Shown here in pieces: positions 54,501 to 61,891 of a stretch of 64,000 nucleotides of DNA (within the stretch, counting starts at the first letter, position 1; every line of letters begins with the position of its first letter). This DNA is from Clostridiales bacterium (lineage in GTDB: Bacteria; Bacillota; Clostridia; Christensenellales; UBA1242). Under the pieces are notes generated by a model. That model saw only the letters and a list, made by a program, of their open reading frames with translations. It ran no database searches and was not told where the DNA came from. The position numbers were made by a program, and so were the translations under genes. The stretch covers positions 27,268-91,267 of the forward strand of contig SVIR01000001.1 of assembly GCA_015069395.1 (NCBI GenBank). Reading direction: 5' to 3'.

Positions 54501-57113
54501 ACTGGGCCTTCAGCAATAATAGCGACTCCACAAATTACTGGATTGTTTACAGGTATTGACGCATTTGCTTATAGTCAAACTGATGCGATTGATTCTAATT
54601 CAATTTTGAAATCAAATATAGGAGACATTTATGTTTCAAAAATTGAATTGTATCACAAAAATGAAAAAATTGGATCTGTTTCAGGAACAGCAAATAATTT
54701 GGTTACTGCAAGTGGTTGGACTTTTGTAAACTCTGATGGAACAAAGACAACAGGCGTGGCTTGTACAGAAGAAATTGTTATGACAATTCCTCATGTCAAC
54801 GGAATACTTTATGGAGCAAGCAACAATTTGGACAATGTAAGACTCGACATATATTTGACAAAAGGATCCTACACAAGCGTAATATCAAAAGATATTATTT
54901 TGCAAAAGATTGCTCCAACATTGTTTACCGAGACGGAAGTGTTGGACGGAAGTTCTCCGGTTAAAGCTTCTGGAACAGGAATTCCAACAATTTATAACGA
55001 TACCTTGGAGATAGAACTTGCTCCAAACACAAGTGTAACGTTTGCTATTCACAACAGTGCGATTACTTCATTTGGTACTGATGTGAACGGAAGAACAACA
55101 ATCAATGGTTCAACGATAGCTAATATGATTACATTATCAAACGACAGAGATTATACTATTACGGAGTATGTTGGAATTACAAACAATATAGTTGGCCTGA
55201 CTGAAAACTTGACGGCTGGAGATTCTTTCTACATTGGAAGTCCAGCAACACTCCCTGCAGGAGCAACATTTAAATACAACAACTCAACTATTTCTGCTAC
55301 AGGCACGATTGCGACTTATAGTTCTATTACTTTGAATCTTGACAGCATAAACGAATTGTCTGCTAACAGACAAAAGAATGTAAGGTTGTATTTCTTGTAT
55401 TCTGAAAACGGACAAACTTATCAACATCAAGAAATGTTTACAATCACACAAGCTTATAAGACAATTACAAGTAGCAGTGATATTACAGCAACGGATTATA
55501 TCAAAATGACAAAGGGTGGAAGTCATTATTATGTAATCCCTTATGAAAATTGGGCTACGAAGGTAGAAGTTGATGGCACAGTGTTGGGTAGTGGTGATGC
55601 TTATAAATTCTACTTCAAGATTGAAAACAACGCAACGGGTGGTTCTGGTTTTGTTGACGAAAACGGAACTATTACAACGACAGAAAACTTCAAAGTAGGG
55701 TCGTATTATGTAGCCGTTGAGGTGTATGTGAAAGTTTCTGGTGCAAACGCACAGTTTGAAGAAAACAACACAACATTGCATCTCGGAACTATAAACATAA
55801 GCTTGGGAACAGAGCCAACAGGAAGCAACACTTCTAGTGCAGGGGTCTACGAATATGGCAGCAACAACCTTGTAGTTCTGGCGGATGGTTGGACAAGTAG
55901 CAAAACCTTGACCTCTGTTTCATTGGCTAGTGCGACTGATAAAGGGGCTTTTGCTGTGGGTGTTAATGAAACGTTAGACTTCAAACAAATGTTTGACGAT
56001 TCATATGCAAGCACAACAAATGAAAATTATCATTTGGTTAAGATAGGTCAAGAATATATTACAACAAACAATCTTAATAGCTATTCGTTTGGAACTGCAG
56101 GCAGTTACGATTTAATCTTTGTTAAGACATATCGAAATAGTGGAATATACACGACACAAGTGCTTTCTGCAACAGTGATGGTGTATTCTACTACATCAAC
56201 TGAACAAAGATTTGACGTCGCAAAGAATAATGTTGAAACAACTTTGACAGGCTCTTGGTATGAAAGAAATCAATCGGGGGTTACAGAATCAACAGGATTT
56301 AAAGAAACCGTTGACGGAATTTATGAGAAATCATATTTAGAAACTTCTGATGGAGTAAAACTTATAGACATTGATTGGTTTGTATATTCTGCAGAAGCTG
56401 AAAAAGAATTTGCGCTTTATTCTTTGACAACTTATCAGTTTGCAGATTTGTTTAATGCTTCAACTGCAGAAGTATATGAAGTAAAATATACAGATGCAAG
56501 TAAAACAACTGTTTCAACCATTTCAAAAGAATCTTCTGTTATGTTTGAAAATGGAGTAGACTACCAAGAAGAGCGTACCTATTATGTAAAAATTGGCTCA
56601 ACTGCTACTTTGTATACAATAGTCTTTAAGATTATCTCTGACGATGTGACAGAATATAAACAAATTATTTCTTCGACAGCAAGTGAAAAGAGTTTGGTAG
56701 AAAGCTATATCAATTATATTCATTCGGGTGCAACAATTCAAATGTTGAATGATTCAACAAATGAATTGACTTCAAATGCTGATATAACAAGAGCAGCAAA
56801 TTATTATACTCAAAAATATTTAGTAACAACAGCTGACGAGCATCTTGTTGTCTATGAGTTTGAGTTCTACAGTTATAGCGAAGCAAAAGAGATAACCTTC
56901 TCAACAGAAGCAAATAGAGCTTTTTCTCTTGCAGAACTTGATTCAACAGTAAGATCAGAGGTTGGAGCAGGAGCAACAGATATAGTTTCATATTATGACT
57001 CAACTAGCTTGGAACAAGCTTACACAATCAACTTGGAAGAAAGCAGAGAGGTTACATATTATGTAAAAGCTGGTGAAAGTTTCTACTTAATCACTTTTCA
57101 ACTTAATATCTGA
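45600..57113 (+). CDS. Giant (3837 aa) N-terminally membrane-anchored surface protein, function unknown
   Basis: An uninterrupted 11.5-kb frame. The start is the ATG after GGAG, giving MKKRKVLSVWKSILLTFAGVLGVAGVTVLGVYL (signal anchor). The remainder is T/S/N/Y/E/D-rich and beta-type. There is no LPXTG or other wall-anchor motif at the C-terminus. Confidence 0.85.
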   Translation: MKKRKVLSVWKSILLTFAGVLGVAGVTVLGVYLTKGFDEEKVLPESIAFEQTLDSGLGYFNSEANRFEVSSDFQITITTPTEGVTENEIELSLDHGTLDDGYIKNDVIRVPQFVEIGTPFTVQLVTKDNISLLQDWVFGGISTITAESTADVNIDHKSATIAVDVPVKNISVKIAGSEQNLNEPQNVVVGSYFSLETIYSPNESERLYKEDSAQKEVFYDILTTAIDYDFETDKFFAKNRTVGENNSIVVYTFKNAYYQHEILTRFAAETDPADRSANILAYFKSLEREQGIVAYVSREIDINVLAVDVATVQMQIPTMSSYVDKYFTLTASSAKGNANLDLDIRDSKGDKLDYLFANVGIKIPKDNNLKIVGGKLVKVEDGKVSAPQDYDDSIDFAEVADGIEYYLLPNIAPAEYGNYYWDFASTVEADYELLVNFFYEKDGEWKAFFGGEGQAEKTLTFSTRHHSNEEDPSWLTNEAIEMTISFDEDGTANQAVEDLSKLIRGIEADNVYKEVRYFLFIDEEDPAGFANITVTDVFNCKPGVEYTTNYLGEALEIPYTIERSSYTLYELNSAQLRALKSFSGKVKVVLATIKTDADLNPEMDGNKYKLVRVSRPKDVTVESLLSIANMTPTFTFDDVAEQIEEDYYLPAINRNESGAQKDVVDFKLILSNSEDPESDSTKIINAYNSGKLKVVCKMGETVVNYITLRGLVQETYDANSITFTGSFAIEEGYFTPGTNAVDMKGTRLSLELQYNDGKEVFSKQILKEGEPDINSFYVYYQQPVRMVGNFESQNDLDVNADGKIDPIEVVSSSDGLEISWGGKNLTSDKLEDTLENLNDLLAFKLYDQFEKEIPANTGEYSVRFVEDIPTGETGLLGFDSSYTKIQAFVSTQGVSDSTTMTVYVVDKEGRICYSYDEDGNLIYENDQPKPLCSISLDFEIVSEGISSIKKLPDEFEGELITDPTAANYSYVDNGNIGSVTIRKTVKAEEKIELDKWVKIYIEKTSEGVTEEVEDTGRVFMLDDDYVATFSSNTKVDIMKMISFTDANGNTSKYDGTDNLDNWKGKAIKEINVKNPFKNDTRMQFLIRDANGSLYEVSLIFEFRADLSITPTFATYYEENKEYLVKQGTAEGVFADEKYSLLKYLSLTSSSEEYSWLTGLANFLTEGNNLFYCEQEDICYLEVVTDEGGVAVDINLVIAPLYQFKTITVTIYYGVNCSFACSTTFSLYVNPNIVAEQQSEEVELKGFNSPNVRQFYKFYKATDYIKGVKTELDTEMVFDNISQEQYLSIDEYNNMAVVSEKTINIDLGETINQEFSVKAQDATETLVLVDAVKVLVDGTIIPCSFDDEGVSKHLILGLEMCYGSDALETATSLIRRVLESGEEDVQVVLYNGEPMLLLYENSKYSTPDGMSNVSIDVSSINGEMRDFGGDLATNSLSTYLDATDNSFRISVDINGLKLNILLRAVISKVGSKFVHYEDDTGDINFADKDLAILLGSIETLEENDIYQKMYAGQEYEIVFEESIADYLPGFYYNDSLLGVSENYSRISLSVAKVEGGESNLASITSENKLKLNHLSSTYEDIYVVLKIELTGYTMEPFSWYYRIMVLPSFEMADVTYPYADEVEHLDETTEGFNSQTLSYEIDLAETLSYENSKYADATRFGNALFIDAGGNFSQTKTVETSYNVLKVYVNGEVADNWSAYFTYEFDEDMFKIRLLQRDVQLNVVIQRHLTSEGFEMVGSSQNYTFSFNQSSNYKFRVTQNIGGTDKQFEGESGDVFNTTINAGDGDVTFKTELYISSNNTQTKVNDYQFAIKGSSEELLKALKFKYYMPKGTIVYLSDYTTQDKILENDLLISENWLSEVTTEYDAENLQIVVDSVTYYVKKASVQMCFAYVDSNNLLTIVPQENIEEDKTISLLCYTTEKVVFEIDVKVESYLEAVVNSDTTLLGGREYSFDGEIFKKIGFKEGKQPEGVTITNFEVELKNGDIEYREGFTLADLIMIEDGLAGKISFAHLAQDVTFEFGGKFSLSNSATYTFGFALTVGKSFDLEKEYRYSQSKTEIETSGLSVDVDNTLISALIGSGSTTGFAYAENFVAKQVGEEGWAEESLSIGYTFNSKDLFEFEAIYSYYVQPNVTLDPNYPAPDGVNEVSEKTEYVSTSANADPTSVAKYISDSIENFFGSKAKFAIENRVVAEKQGGYTGELVWDINVSSISSNAVVFVMNGASIAKTITNSTSDKRISTSTDVDLKFGLSDTSSNGTVVFDVTVNGVAKLYSVTIVAGSIIKVDTYPTNYTNDGEVLFAEDLSAYEEKEIFKQDRILSYTLNSSATNGKYYVVVKKGNVTEIIDIDNTTINSQVNKDLGKSFVGYEYAGTYSDKDLETRAEGIYAQAPVITSRIVASYYNGDKLKLADSDILLNGTSVSDVEISTTNLNQVQEWSIRISGISTTFVYKTYLTLELSVKGDAQVKDGKVSTYTTVELKAGETVNLLSLTSFKITNQRTNSLYTSFGDCEGTVDLAVYGLDISWTEDDGSVADIYDRYFKAFEENGIKYLTGISPYYGVSTDNKYLRLSQPIGSSQITDYTIQALGAGNDGNHVLMKLTYIVDIGSGTVSVSYDLLFKVVPNTNIEFKTLPNEIATIEASKEIINFSSIASNYVDPYKLSGITSDATLWLYGAANENNDAILAYMYGSSTNLASQFTYTYTIGTPQNYNDFDQLDDSTDGTLIDSGWVDGSGKYTASSGQSSVSLRVPELELGAKHFVLTAINKYGYQMKFYFDLTAPINPQVSLSTSTFVEGSTLAFGIKYKEVSIEKTSEGLVQHDSFKYESKVVTGVTATNYYTDQIKITGAIGGTESYVNQIILTLEDNGMTYEKTITPVAVSEIAVVRVSGEWTDIEGTDTRTFEVEYLAMTSKTINVSVSLNSGNDPALMGYSLNVQYITKDGSTALTEEIALPTNSHKASPNDITPSFTYTSGTGPSAIIATPQITGLFTGIDAFAYSQTDAIDSNSILKSNIGDIYVSKIELYHKNEKIGSVSGTANNLVTASGWTFVNSDGTKTTGVACTEEIVMTIPHVNGILYGASNNLDNVRLDIYLTKGSYTSVISKDIILQKIAPTLFTETEVLDGSSPVKASGTGIPTIYNDTLEIELAPNTSVTFAIHNSAITSFGTDVNGRTTINGSTIANMITLSNDRDYTITEYVGITNNIVGLTENLTAGDSFYIGSPATLPAGATFKYNNSTISATGTIATYSSITLNLDSINELSANRQKNVRLYFLYSENGQTYQHQEMFTITQAYKTITSSSDITATDYIKMTKGGSHYYVIPYENWATKVEVDGTVLGSGDAYKFYFKIENNATGGSGFVDENGTITTTENFKVGSYYVAVEVYVKVSGANAQFEENNTTLHLGTINISLGTEPTGSNTSSAGVYEYGSNNLVVLADGWTSSKTLTSVSLASATDKGAFAVGVNETLDFKQMFDDSYASTTNENYHLVKIGQEYITTNNLNSYSFGTAGSYDLIFVKTYRNSGIYTTQVLSATVMVYSTTSTEQRFDVAKNNVETTLTGSWYERNQSGVTESTGFKETVDGIYEKSYLETSDGVKLIDIDWFVYSAEAEKEFALYSLTTYQFADLFNASTAEVYEVKYTDASKTTVSTISKESSVMFENGVDYQEERTYYVKIGSTATLYTIVFKIISDDVTEYKQIISSTASEKSLVESYINYIHSGATIQMLNDSTNELTSNADITRAANYYTQKYLVTTADEHLVVYEFEFYSYSEAKEITFSTEANRAFSLAELDSTVRSEVGAGATDIVSYYDSTSLEQAYTINLEESREVTYYVKAGESFYLITFQLNI

Positions 57114-57188
57114 GGATAGTCGAAATATTTTCTAAAATAAATAAAAAGCATTTGAATAAAATGCTTTTTTTATGCAAACAATTTTTCT

Positions 57189-57860
57189 ATGGATAAGATA
57201 TATTTTTTAGATAGTTTTTTAGACAACAAGCCAAGGGCTATTTGGGATATAGTTTTTGCAAATATTATTGCGATTGTTGCAATAATTCTGTCTGCATTTA
57301 TCCCGATTTTTAGCCTAGCTTTGCCAATAATTCTTTTCATTTATCTTGAAACGGGGCTTTGGGGATTTGTATTAAAAAAAGAGACTGGCAAAAGTGTAAA
57401 GTTTGAGGATATATTTTTACCATTAAAAAACATTATAAAAGCATTTTGTGTTTTTGTTTTGAAAACGGTTATGTTTATTTTTGGAACGGTGCTTTTTATT
57501 GTTCCAGGAATCATTTCTGCAACCACTTATGCTTTTACTCCCATGATAATTTTTGAGAGCCCTGATTTAGATGCAAAAGGAGTGCTGATGCTTAGCAAAG
57601 AGCTTTCGAAAGGGTATCGGTTAAAAATTTTGTTTGCTTTTTTGCTTTGTCTCACATCTATTTGTGCAACTTTATCTTTGGCTTTTTATATAGTTTTCAT
57701 TTTCGATGTTTTTTTTGAAGTGGCAAGCTTTGTTTATATTGTAGTTGTTCTAACCGTAGGAATTTTTGAGACTCTTGTAATGGCTATTCCTATGTATCAA
57801 ATAGTAATAGTTGATTGCTTTATTGACAGCAAAAACAAAAAAGTTTCTTGCAAAGATTAA
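57189..57860 (+). CDS. DUF975-like integral membrane protein
   Basis: Multi-TM with the central pattern ...FIVPGIISATTYAFTPMIIFESPDLDAKGVLMLSKELSKGYRLKILF, which I recognise from DUF975 proteins. Confidence 0.55.
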   Translation: MDKIYFLDSFLDNKPRAIWDIVFANIIAIVAIILSAFIPIFSLALPIILFIYLETGLWGFVLKKETGKSVKFEDIFLPLKNIIKAFCVFVLKTVMFIFGTVLFIVPGIISATTYAFTPMIIFESPDLDAKGVLMLSKELSKGYRLKILFAFLLCLTSICATLSLAFYIVFIFDVFFEVASFVYIVVVLTVGIFETLVMAIPMYQIVIVDCFIDSKNKKVSCKD

Positions 57861-57925
57861 AAGCAAGTCTTTTTTGTTGAAATTTTTTTTAATATTTTAT
57901 ATAATCTTTTTGTAAGGAGAACAAG

Positions 57926-58468
57926 GTGGATTATAAAGACTTTACAAAAAGAGATAAGGCTTTCAAAGGTTTTATTGAATATAGAAAAGAAGTTTTAAAT
58001 AGTGGGGCAGATTTCCCAAATGTTTTTGTTGATCTTTGTACAAAGGCAATAGAAGGAGATTGTATAGCTCAAGATTGTGTGGCATACTTTTTCAACAAAG
58101 GAGTTCCTGATTATTTAGTTCAAAACTATGAATATTATCTCTCTTGGCAAATTCTCGCCGGAGCAAACGGAAATGAGTTTGCTCTTGAGAAGTTGGAATT
58201 CTTTTTGAATTCGGGATTGCAAGAGATAATCAACGACGAAGAAATTTTAAAAACGGCTATGCTCAGAAGAAATCTAACAAAAGAAAATGCTGTGTTTGTA
58301 ATTACAAATCTCATTTGTGAAGGGATTGTTGACGAATTGAAGATAAATCCTAAAGATCTTATTGATATAAAGTCCAAGCCTTCTAGATATTCTCCAGAAA
58401 AGAATAGAGCTTTTCTTTCAGCAATGGAAAGATGTTTGCAAAATGTTGTTGACTTCTTGGTTAGTTGA
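57926..58468 (+). CDS. Hypothetical helical protein (possibly Sel1/TPR-like)
   Basis: 180 aa with a GTG start after AAGGAGA. The segment AQDCVAYFFNKGVPDYLVQNYEYYLSWQILAGANGNEFALEKLEFF is loosely Sel1-repeat-like. Confidence 0.4.
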   Translation: MDYKDFTKRDKAFKGFIEYRKEVLNSGADFPNVFVDLCTKAIEGDCIAQDCVAYFFNKGVPDYLVQNYEYYLSWQILAGANGNEFALEKLEFFLNSGLQEIINDEEILKTAMLRRNLTKENAVFVITNLICEGIVDELKINPKDLIDIKSKPSRYSPEKNRAFLSAMERCLQNVVDFLVS

Positions 58469-58928
58469 TGTCCAAAATAAAGCCTTCGCAAGAAAAACTT
58501 TCTGCAAAAATACTGCTAATGGCAGTAATTATACTATTACAAATCTCAAACTCTCCACTTTTGATTGAGAGCAACATCAATTTTATAGTCAAAGTGTTTT
58601 GAATCGCAATCAAACTTAAAAAAGCATTATTTTCATTTTCCACACAAACAAACTTGTGTGGTTTTTTCTTTCCAAATTTTTCTTGCAACATCTTTTCCGA
58701 ATAAACTATCTTTGAGCTAAGCTCAGCAGAGTTGATTTTTTTACATAGTTTTTTTAGGCATGCCTGCATCTTTTCAAGCAAAATTAAAATTTCTCCGATT
58801 AAAAGATTAAACTCTTCTTCTTCCAATCGAATAAATACAAAGCCCTTATTTTTCAATGCCTTCGCATAAGCTTTTGCCATCTCTTCAAAATTTTCTGGCA
58901 AGAGTTGGTCGTTGTAAGTGTTTTCCAT
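58461..58928 (-). CDS. Hypothetical protein (155 aa)
   Basis: Start set at MENTYNDQ, because the upstream TTG extension would contain the terminator hairpin at 58962-58994. No recognisable domain. Confidence 0.45.
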   Translation of the reverse strand: MENTYNDQLLPENFEEMAKAYAKALKNKGFVFIRLEEEEFNLLIGEILILLEKMQACLKKLCKKINSAELSSKIVYSEKMLQEKFGKKKPHKFVCVENENNAFLSLIAIQNTLTIKLMLLSIKSGEFEICNSIITAISSIFAESFSCEGFILDIN

Positions 58929-58961
58929 ATAATCTTTTATGACGTAAAAATTTTTTATGAC

Positions 58962-58994
58962 AAAAAAAGAACACAATTTTGTGTTCTTTTTTTT
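58962..58994. terminator. Bidirectional rho-independent terminator after the coupling-protein gene
   Basis: A7, then GAACAC-aatttt-GTGTTC, then T8. Confidence 0.6.
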
Positions 58995-60978
58995 AAAAAT
59001 CAAAACTTGAAGTTTGCTTTAAAATTTTTTGGTTTCTAAGTTTGATGTCATAGCGCACTTTGGTGACATCAAGACTCTTCGCAATTCCTACTGATCTCAC
59101 TGCTTCCTTTACATAGAAGAATGGGACTTTGTCGTTTCTTGTCGCTTGCAATTTCATAGGGTTGTATCTAAAGAGTTTTACTACAACAGTTCCAAAAGGA
59201 AGTTGACCAAGTTCATAAGGGGTGATAAGTGCACGATTTGTTCTTTGTACGCTGGTTGTTGTATTTGTGCCTTGTTCTTTTTTGTCACTCTTTGATGTAC
59301 TTGTTTCTTCGTGAGTCAACTGAACTTCACCACACATTTTTGAGAAACTTTCAAGGGTGTGTTGGTCGTCGGTACCCAAAAAGATTTGAGCGTTGCAGTT
59401 TCCGATAATAGTTTTTGCTGCATCTTGACCATATTTTGTTTCAAGCTGAGTATATGATTGAATAACCATTTCATATAAAATATTTCTACCACGAGAAACC
59501 GTAATCATACTATCAAATTTAGGGATAGGTGGGATATTACCGAATTCGTCAAGCAAGAAATAAACGTGTTGAGGTAATTTTTTGTTGTGATACGAATTTG
59601 CTTTGTCAACCAAACGTTTGTAAAGTTGTGATATACACAAAACAGCTAGGTTGTGTCTTTCTTCTCTATCGTCAGGAATAATCAAATAGAAAGCAGTTGG
59701 CTTGTTTGTAAAATCTTCAAAATTGATATCGCTTTCTGAAGTAAGATAAGAGATGCCTATATCGTTCATGAATGAGATTTTGCCGTTCAAAACTCCAATA
59801 TATGATTTTGTAGTATTTGGAGAGTTGTTGATAACGGCCGAGGTTAAGTTTGGAACGATTGATGTCGCTTCGTCTCTGCCTTGCAACAAATATTTTCTGA
59901 CAGTTTCAAAAGGTGCATCTGCATCAGGATCACGATAAGTTGCGATTTTATATAAGTTGTAGAAGTTGAACTTTTCTTTTGTCATTCCTAGTTCTGGAAT
60001 TAAGCTGTCTTCCAACATTGCAAGAGCTACACCGTATAAGAAGTCTTGAGCCCCTTCTTCCCAAGTAGGATCTTGTGCTTTAGATTTTGGTGCTACTGTA
60101 TTGCAAATCTCTTTAAGTTCGTTTTGTGCCATATCACAATAAACTTGTTCAGCGCTTGAAACTGCAATTCTAAGCTGGTCTAAGTTTGGATAAGCAACTC
60201 CTTCAAATCCATACCATTCATTTCCATAAGTTTCTCCGGAAATTTCTTGATATCCTGCATCTTTTGGTCTTGCCTTTCCAGTGTATTTTTTTATATTGTT
60301 TTTGCAATTTTTACCTTTGTGATAAAGGTCATAAGCATGTCCCATTGGGTTCCATCTTGTAGAAGAGAAAGGGTCTCTCAAATCCAAAGTCATAATTCTA
60401 TAACCTTCGTCTTCTAAGATTCTGCTTGTCTTTGTAAAAAGTTCGCCTTTAGGGTCAGAGATTACCATACAAGGTTTTTCTCCAGAGTGTCCCAAAATTC
60501 TGATTGTAGGAACTAAGAAGATAGATGTTTTACCAGAACCAGTTGTACCGATAATCAAACAATGATATTCGTCTTTCATAGCGATTTGATACTTGTTGTT
60601 TTCAATAACATTTCTGAAAACGATGCCAGTATTTTTCAATGAAGGAAGTGAAGCCCAGTTTGTAGCTATAATACCAAATTGATCTTTTATTTTGTCTGGT
60701 TGTAGCCATTGAGCATCATAAGACAAATCCATTTCTTGTCCACTTGCTGTTTTTCCGGTAGATTTTTTTTCTTCTTTTTTCTTTGGTTTTGAAGTAAAGA
60801 AGAAAAAGAGTCCAATCACAGCTCCAATTCCTGCACCAAATCCAGCATAATCGGTTAGCAAAGATTGGGTAAATGAATCAGGAGCCTTTACAAAAAAGTG
60901 TACAGCTACTCCAGCAACATAGCCGAGAGCTCCAAAGATAATGAAATAAAGTAAAAATGATTTAAATCTTTTTCCCAT
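58993..60978 (-). CDS. Type IV secretion coupling protein family ATPase (VirD4/TraG/TraD-like)
   Basis: Two N-terminal TMs, Walker A IIGTTGSGKT, DPKGE, RWNP, Walker B VYFLLDEFGNI, SRGRNI...IQSYTQL..KYG. Start is the ATG after GGGGGG. Confidence 0.85.
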   Translation of the reverse strand: MGKRFKSFLLYFIIFGALGYVAGVAVHFFVKAPDSFTQSLLTDYAGFGAGIGAVIGLFFFFTSKPKKKEEKKSTGKTASGQEMDLSYDAQWLQPDKIKDQFGIIATNWASLPSLKNTGIVFRNVIENNKYQIAMKDEYHCLIIGTTGSGKTSIFLVPTIRILGHSGEKPCMVISDPKGELFTKTSRILEDEGYRIMTLDLRDPFSSTRWNPMGHAYDLYHKGKNCKNNIKKYTGKARPKDAGYQEISGETYGNEWYGFEGVAYPNLDQLRIAVSSAEQVYCDMAQNELKEICNTVAPKSKAQDPTWEEGAQDFLYGVALAMLEDSLIPELGMTKEKFNFYNLYKIATYRDPDADAPFETVRKYLLQGRDEATSIVPNLTSAVINNSPNTTKSYIGVLNGKISFMNDIGISYLTSESDINFEDFTNKPTAFYLIIPDDREERHNLAVLCISQLYKRLVDKANSYHNKKLPQHVYFLLDEFGNIPPIPKFDSMITVSRGRNILYEMVIQSYTQLETKYGQDAAKTIIGNCNAQIFLGTDDQHTLESFSKMCGEVQLTHEETSTSKSDKKEQGTNTTTSVQRTNRALITPYELGQLPFGTVVVKLFRYNPMKLQATRNDKVPFFYVKEAVRSVGIAKSLDVTKVRYDIKLRNQKILKQTSSFDF

Positions 60979-61075
60979 AAAAAATCCCCCCAAAATTCAT
61001 TATTAATAATATTTTAAACTTAATCAACAAAAAATGCAAGCATTAGCCCAAGATTTTGAAAAGAACAACAAAAAA

Positions 61076-61104
61076 TTGACAAAAATATTAGTTGAGTTTA
61101 TAAT
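61076..61104 (+). promoter_or_regulatory. Consensus sigma-A promoter upstream of tRNA-Arg
   Basis: TTGACA, 17 nt, TATAAT. Confidence 0.6.
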
Positions 61105-61172
61105 AAAATCGCTCAAAGCATAAAAAAGCGTCCATAGTGGTATTGAGACATACTTCACTATGTTCGCCATTT

Positions 61173-61247
61173 GCGTCCATAGTGAAATGGATATCACACA
61201 AGTCTTCGGAACTTGGTTTTCGGGTTCGAATCCTGATGGACGCACCA
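61173..61247 (+). tRNA. tRNA-Arg (anticodon UCG)
   Basis: Hand fold: acceptor GCGTCCA/TGGACGC, D arm GTGA...TCAC, anticodon arm CAAGT-CTTCGGA-ACTTG, T arm TCGGG-TTCGAAT-CCTGA, then A and CCA. Confidence 0.85.
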
Positions 61248-61371
61248 TATAAGTTGTATAAAAAGTCTGATACAATTTTTTATTTAATTTCATGTTATTC
61301 AAAAAATTATTAAATTATAAAAATAAATATTTTTTATGACATAATATACAGGAGAAAAGGGAAATAAATTA

Positions 61372-61833
61372 ATGAATTATCAACAAAAAAAAGCCAAATA
61401 TGCATATCACTTATTTAAAAAGGGATTGCCCTTCAAGAAGGCGTATGCTGTGGTGGAGAAGGGCGACAAGTTTGTTGTGCTTAATAATTTGGCAAAAGAT
61501 AGGTACTCTCTTTCGGGTGGCGGAGTTGACAGGAGTGAAGACAATATTGCGGCGGTCAAACGAGAGGTGATGGAAGAGATGAATATGGAGATTGAGATTG
61601 CAAGAAGTCTTGGCGTAGTCAGTTATCCCAGTGACAGAAAGTATAAAAATCATGAGTTTGTTTTAGAGTGTCAAGCAGAAATTTTTTATGCCCGCTTTGT
61701 TGGGTATGGAGATAATAAAGATTTTGGCATTAAAGGAGAGTTTAGTGATAACATAAGAATAGTTGAGCTTACTAAAGAAGAGATGATTAAAAAAGTGGAT
61801 ACATTTACAAAACTTGGAGTAAAATTAGATTAA
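61372..61833 (+). CDS. NUDIX hydrolase
   Basis: Nudix box GGGVDRSEDNIAAVKREVMEEMNM (Gx5Ex7REUxEExGU). Confidence 0.85.
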   Translation: MNYQQKKAKYAYHLFKKGLPFKKAYAVVEKGDKFVVLNNLAKDRYSLSGGGVDRSEDNIAAVKREVMEEMNMEIEIARSLGVVSYPSDRKYKNHEFVLECQAEIFYARFVGYGDNKDFGIKGEFSDNIRIVELTKEEMIKKVDTFTKLGVKLD

Positions 61834-61891
61834 GTCCCTGCAAAATAGGACTTTTTCTTTTTTAATTACAAAGAATGTGATATAATAGGCT

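Noticed and set aside
46455-55781. Multiple antisense or alternate-frame ORFs inside the giant gene (e.g. 48474-48848 at 124 aa, 52007-52366 at 119 aa, 55284-55781 at 165 aa)
   Set aside because: They are nested within a continuous 11.5-kb frame and have Cys/Arg/Phe-rich translations typical of antisense reading. No start or RBS context is present.
61024-61302. 92-aa minus-strand ORF
   Set aside because: It is antisense to tRNA-Arg and its consensus promoter, so the tRNA explains the sequence.
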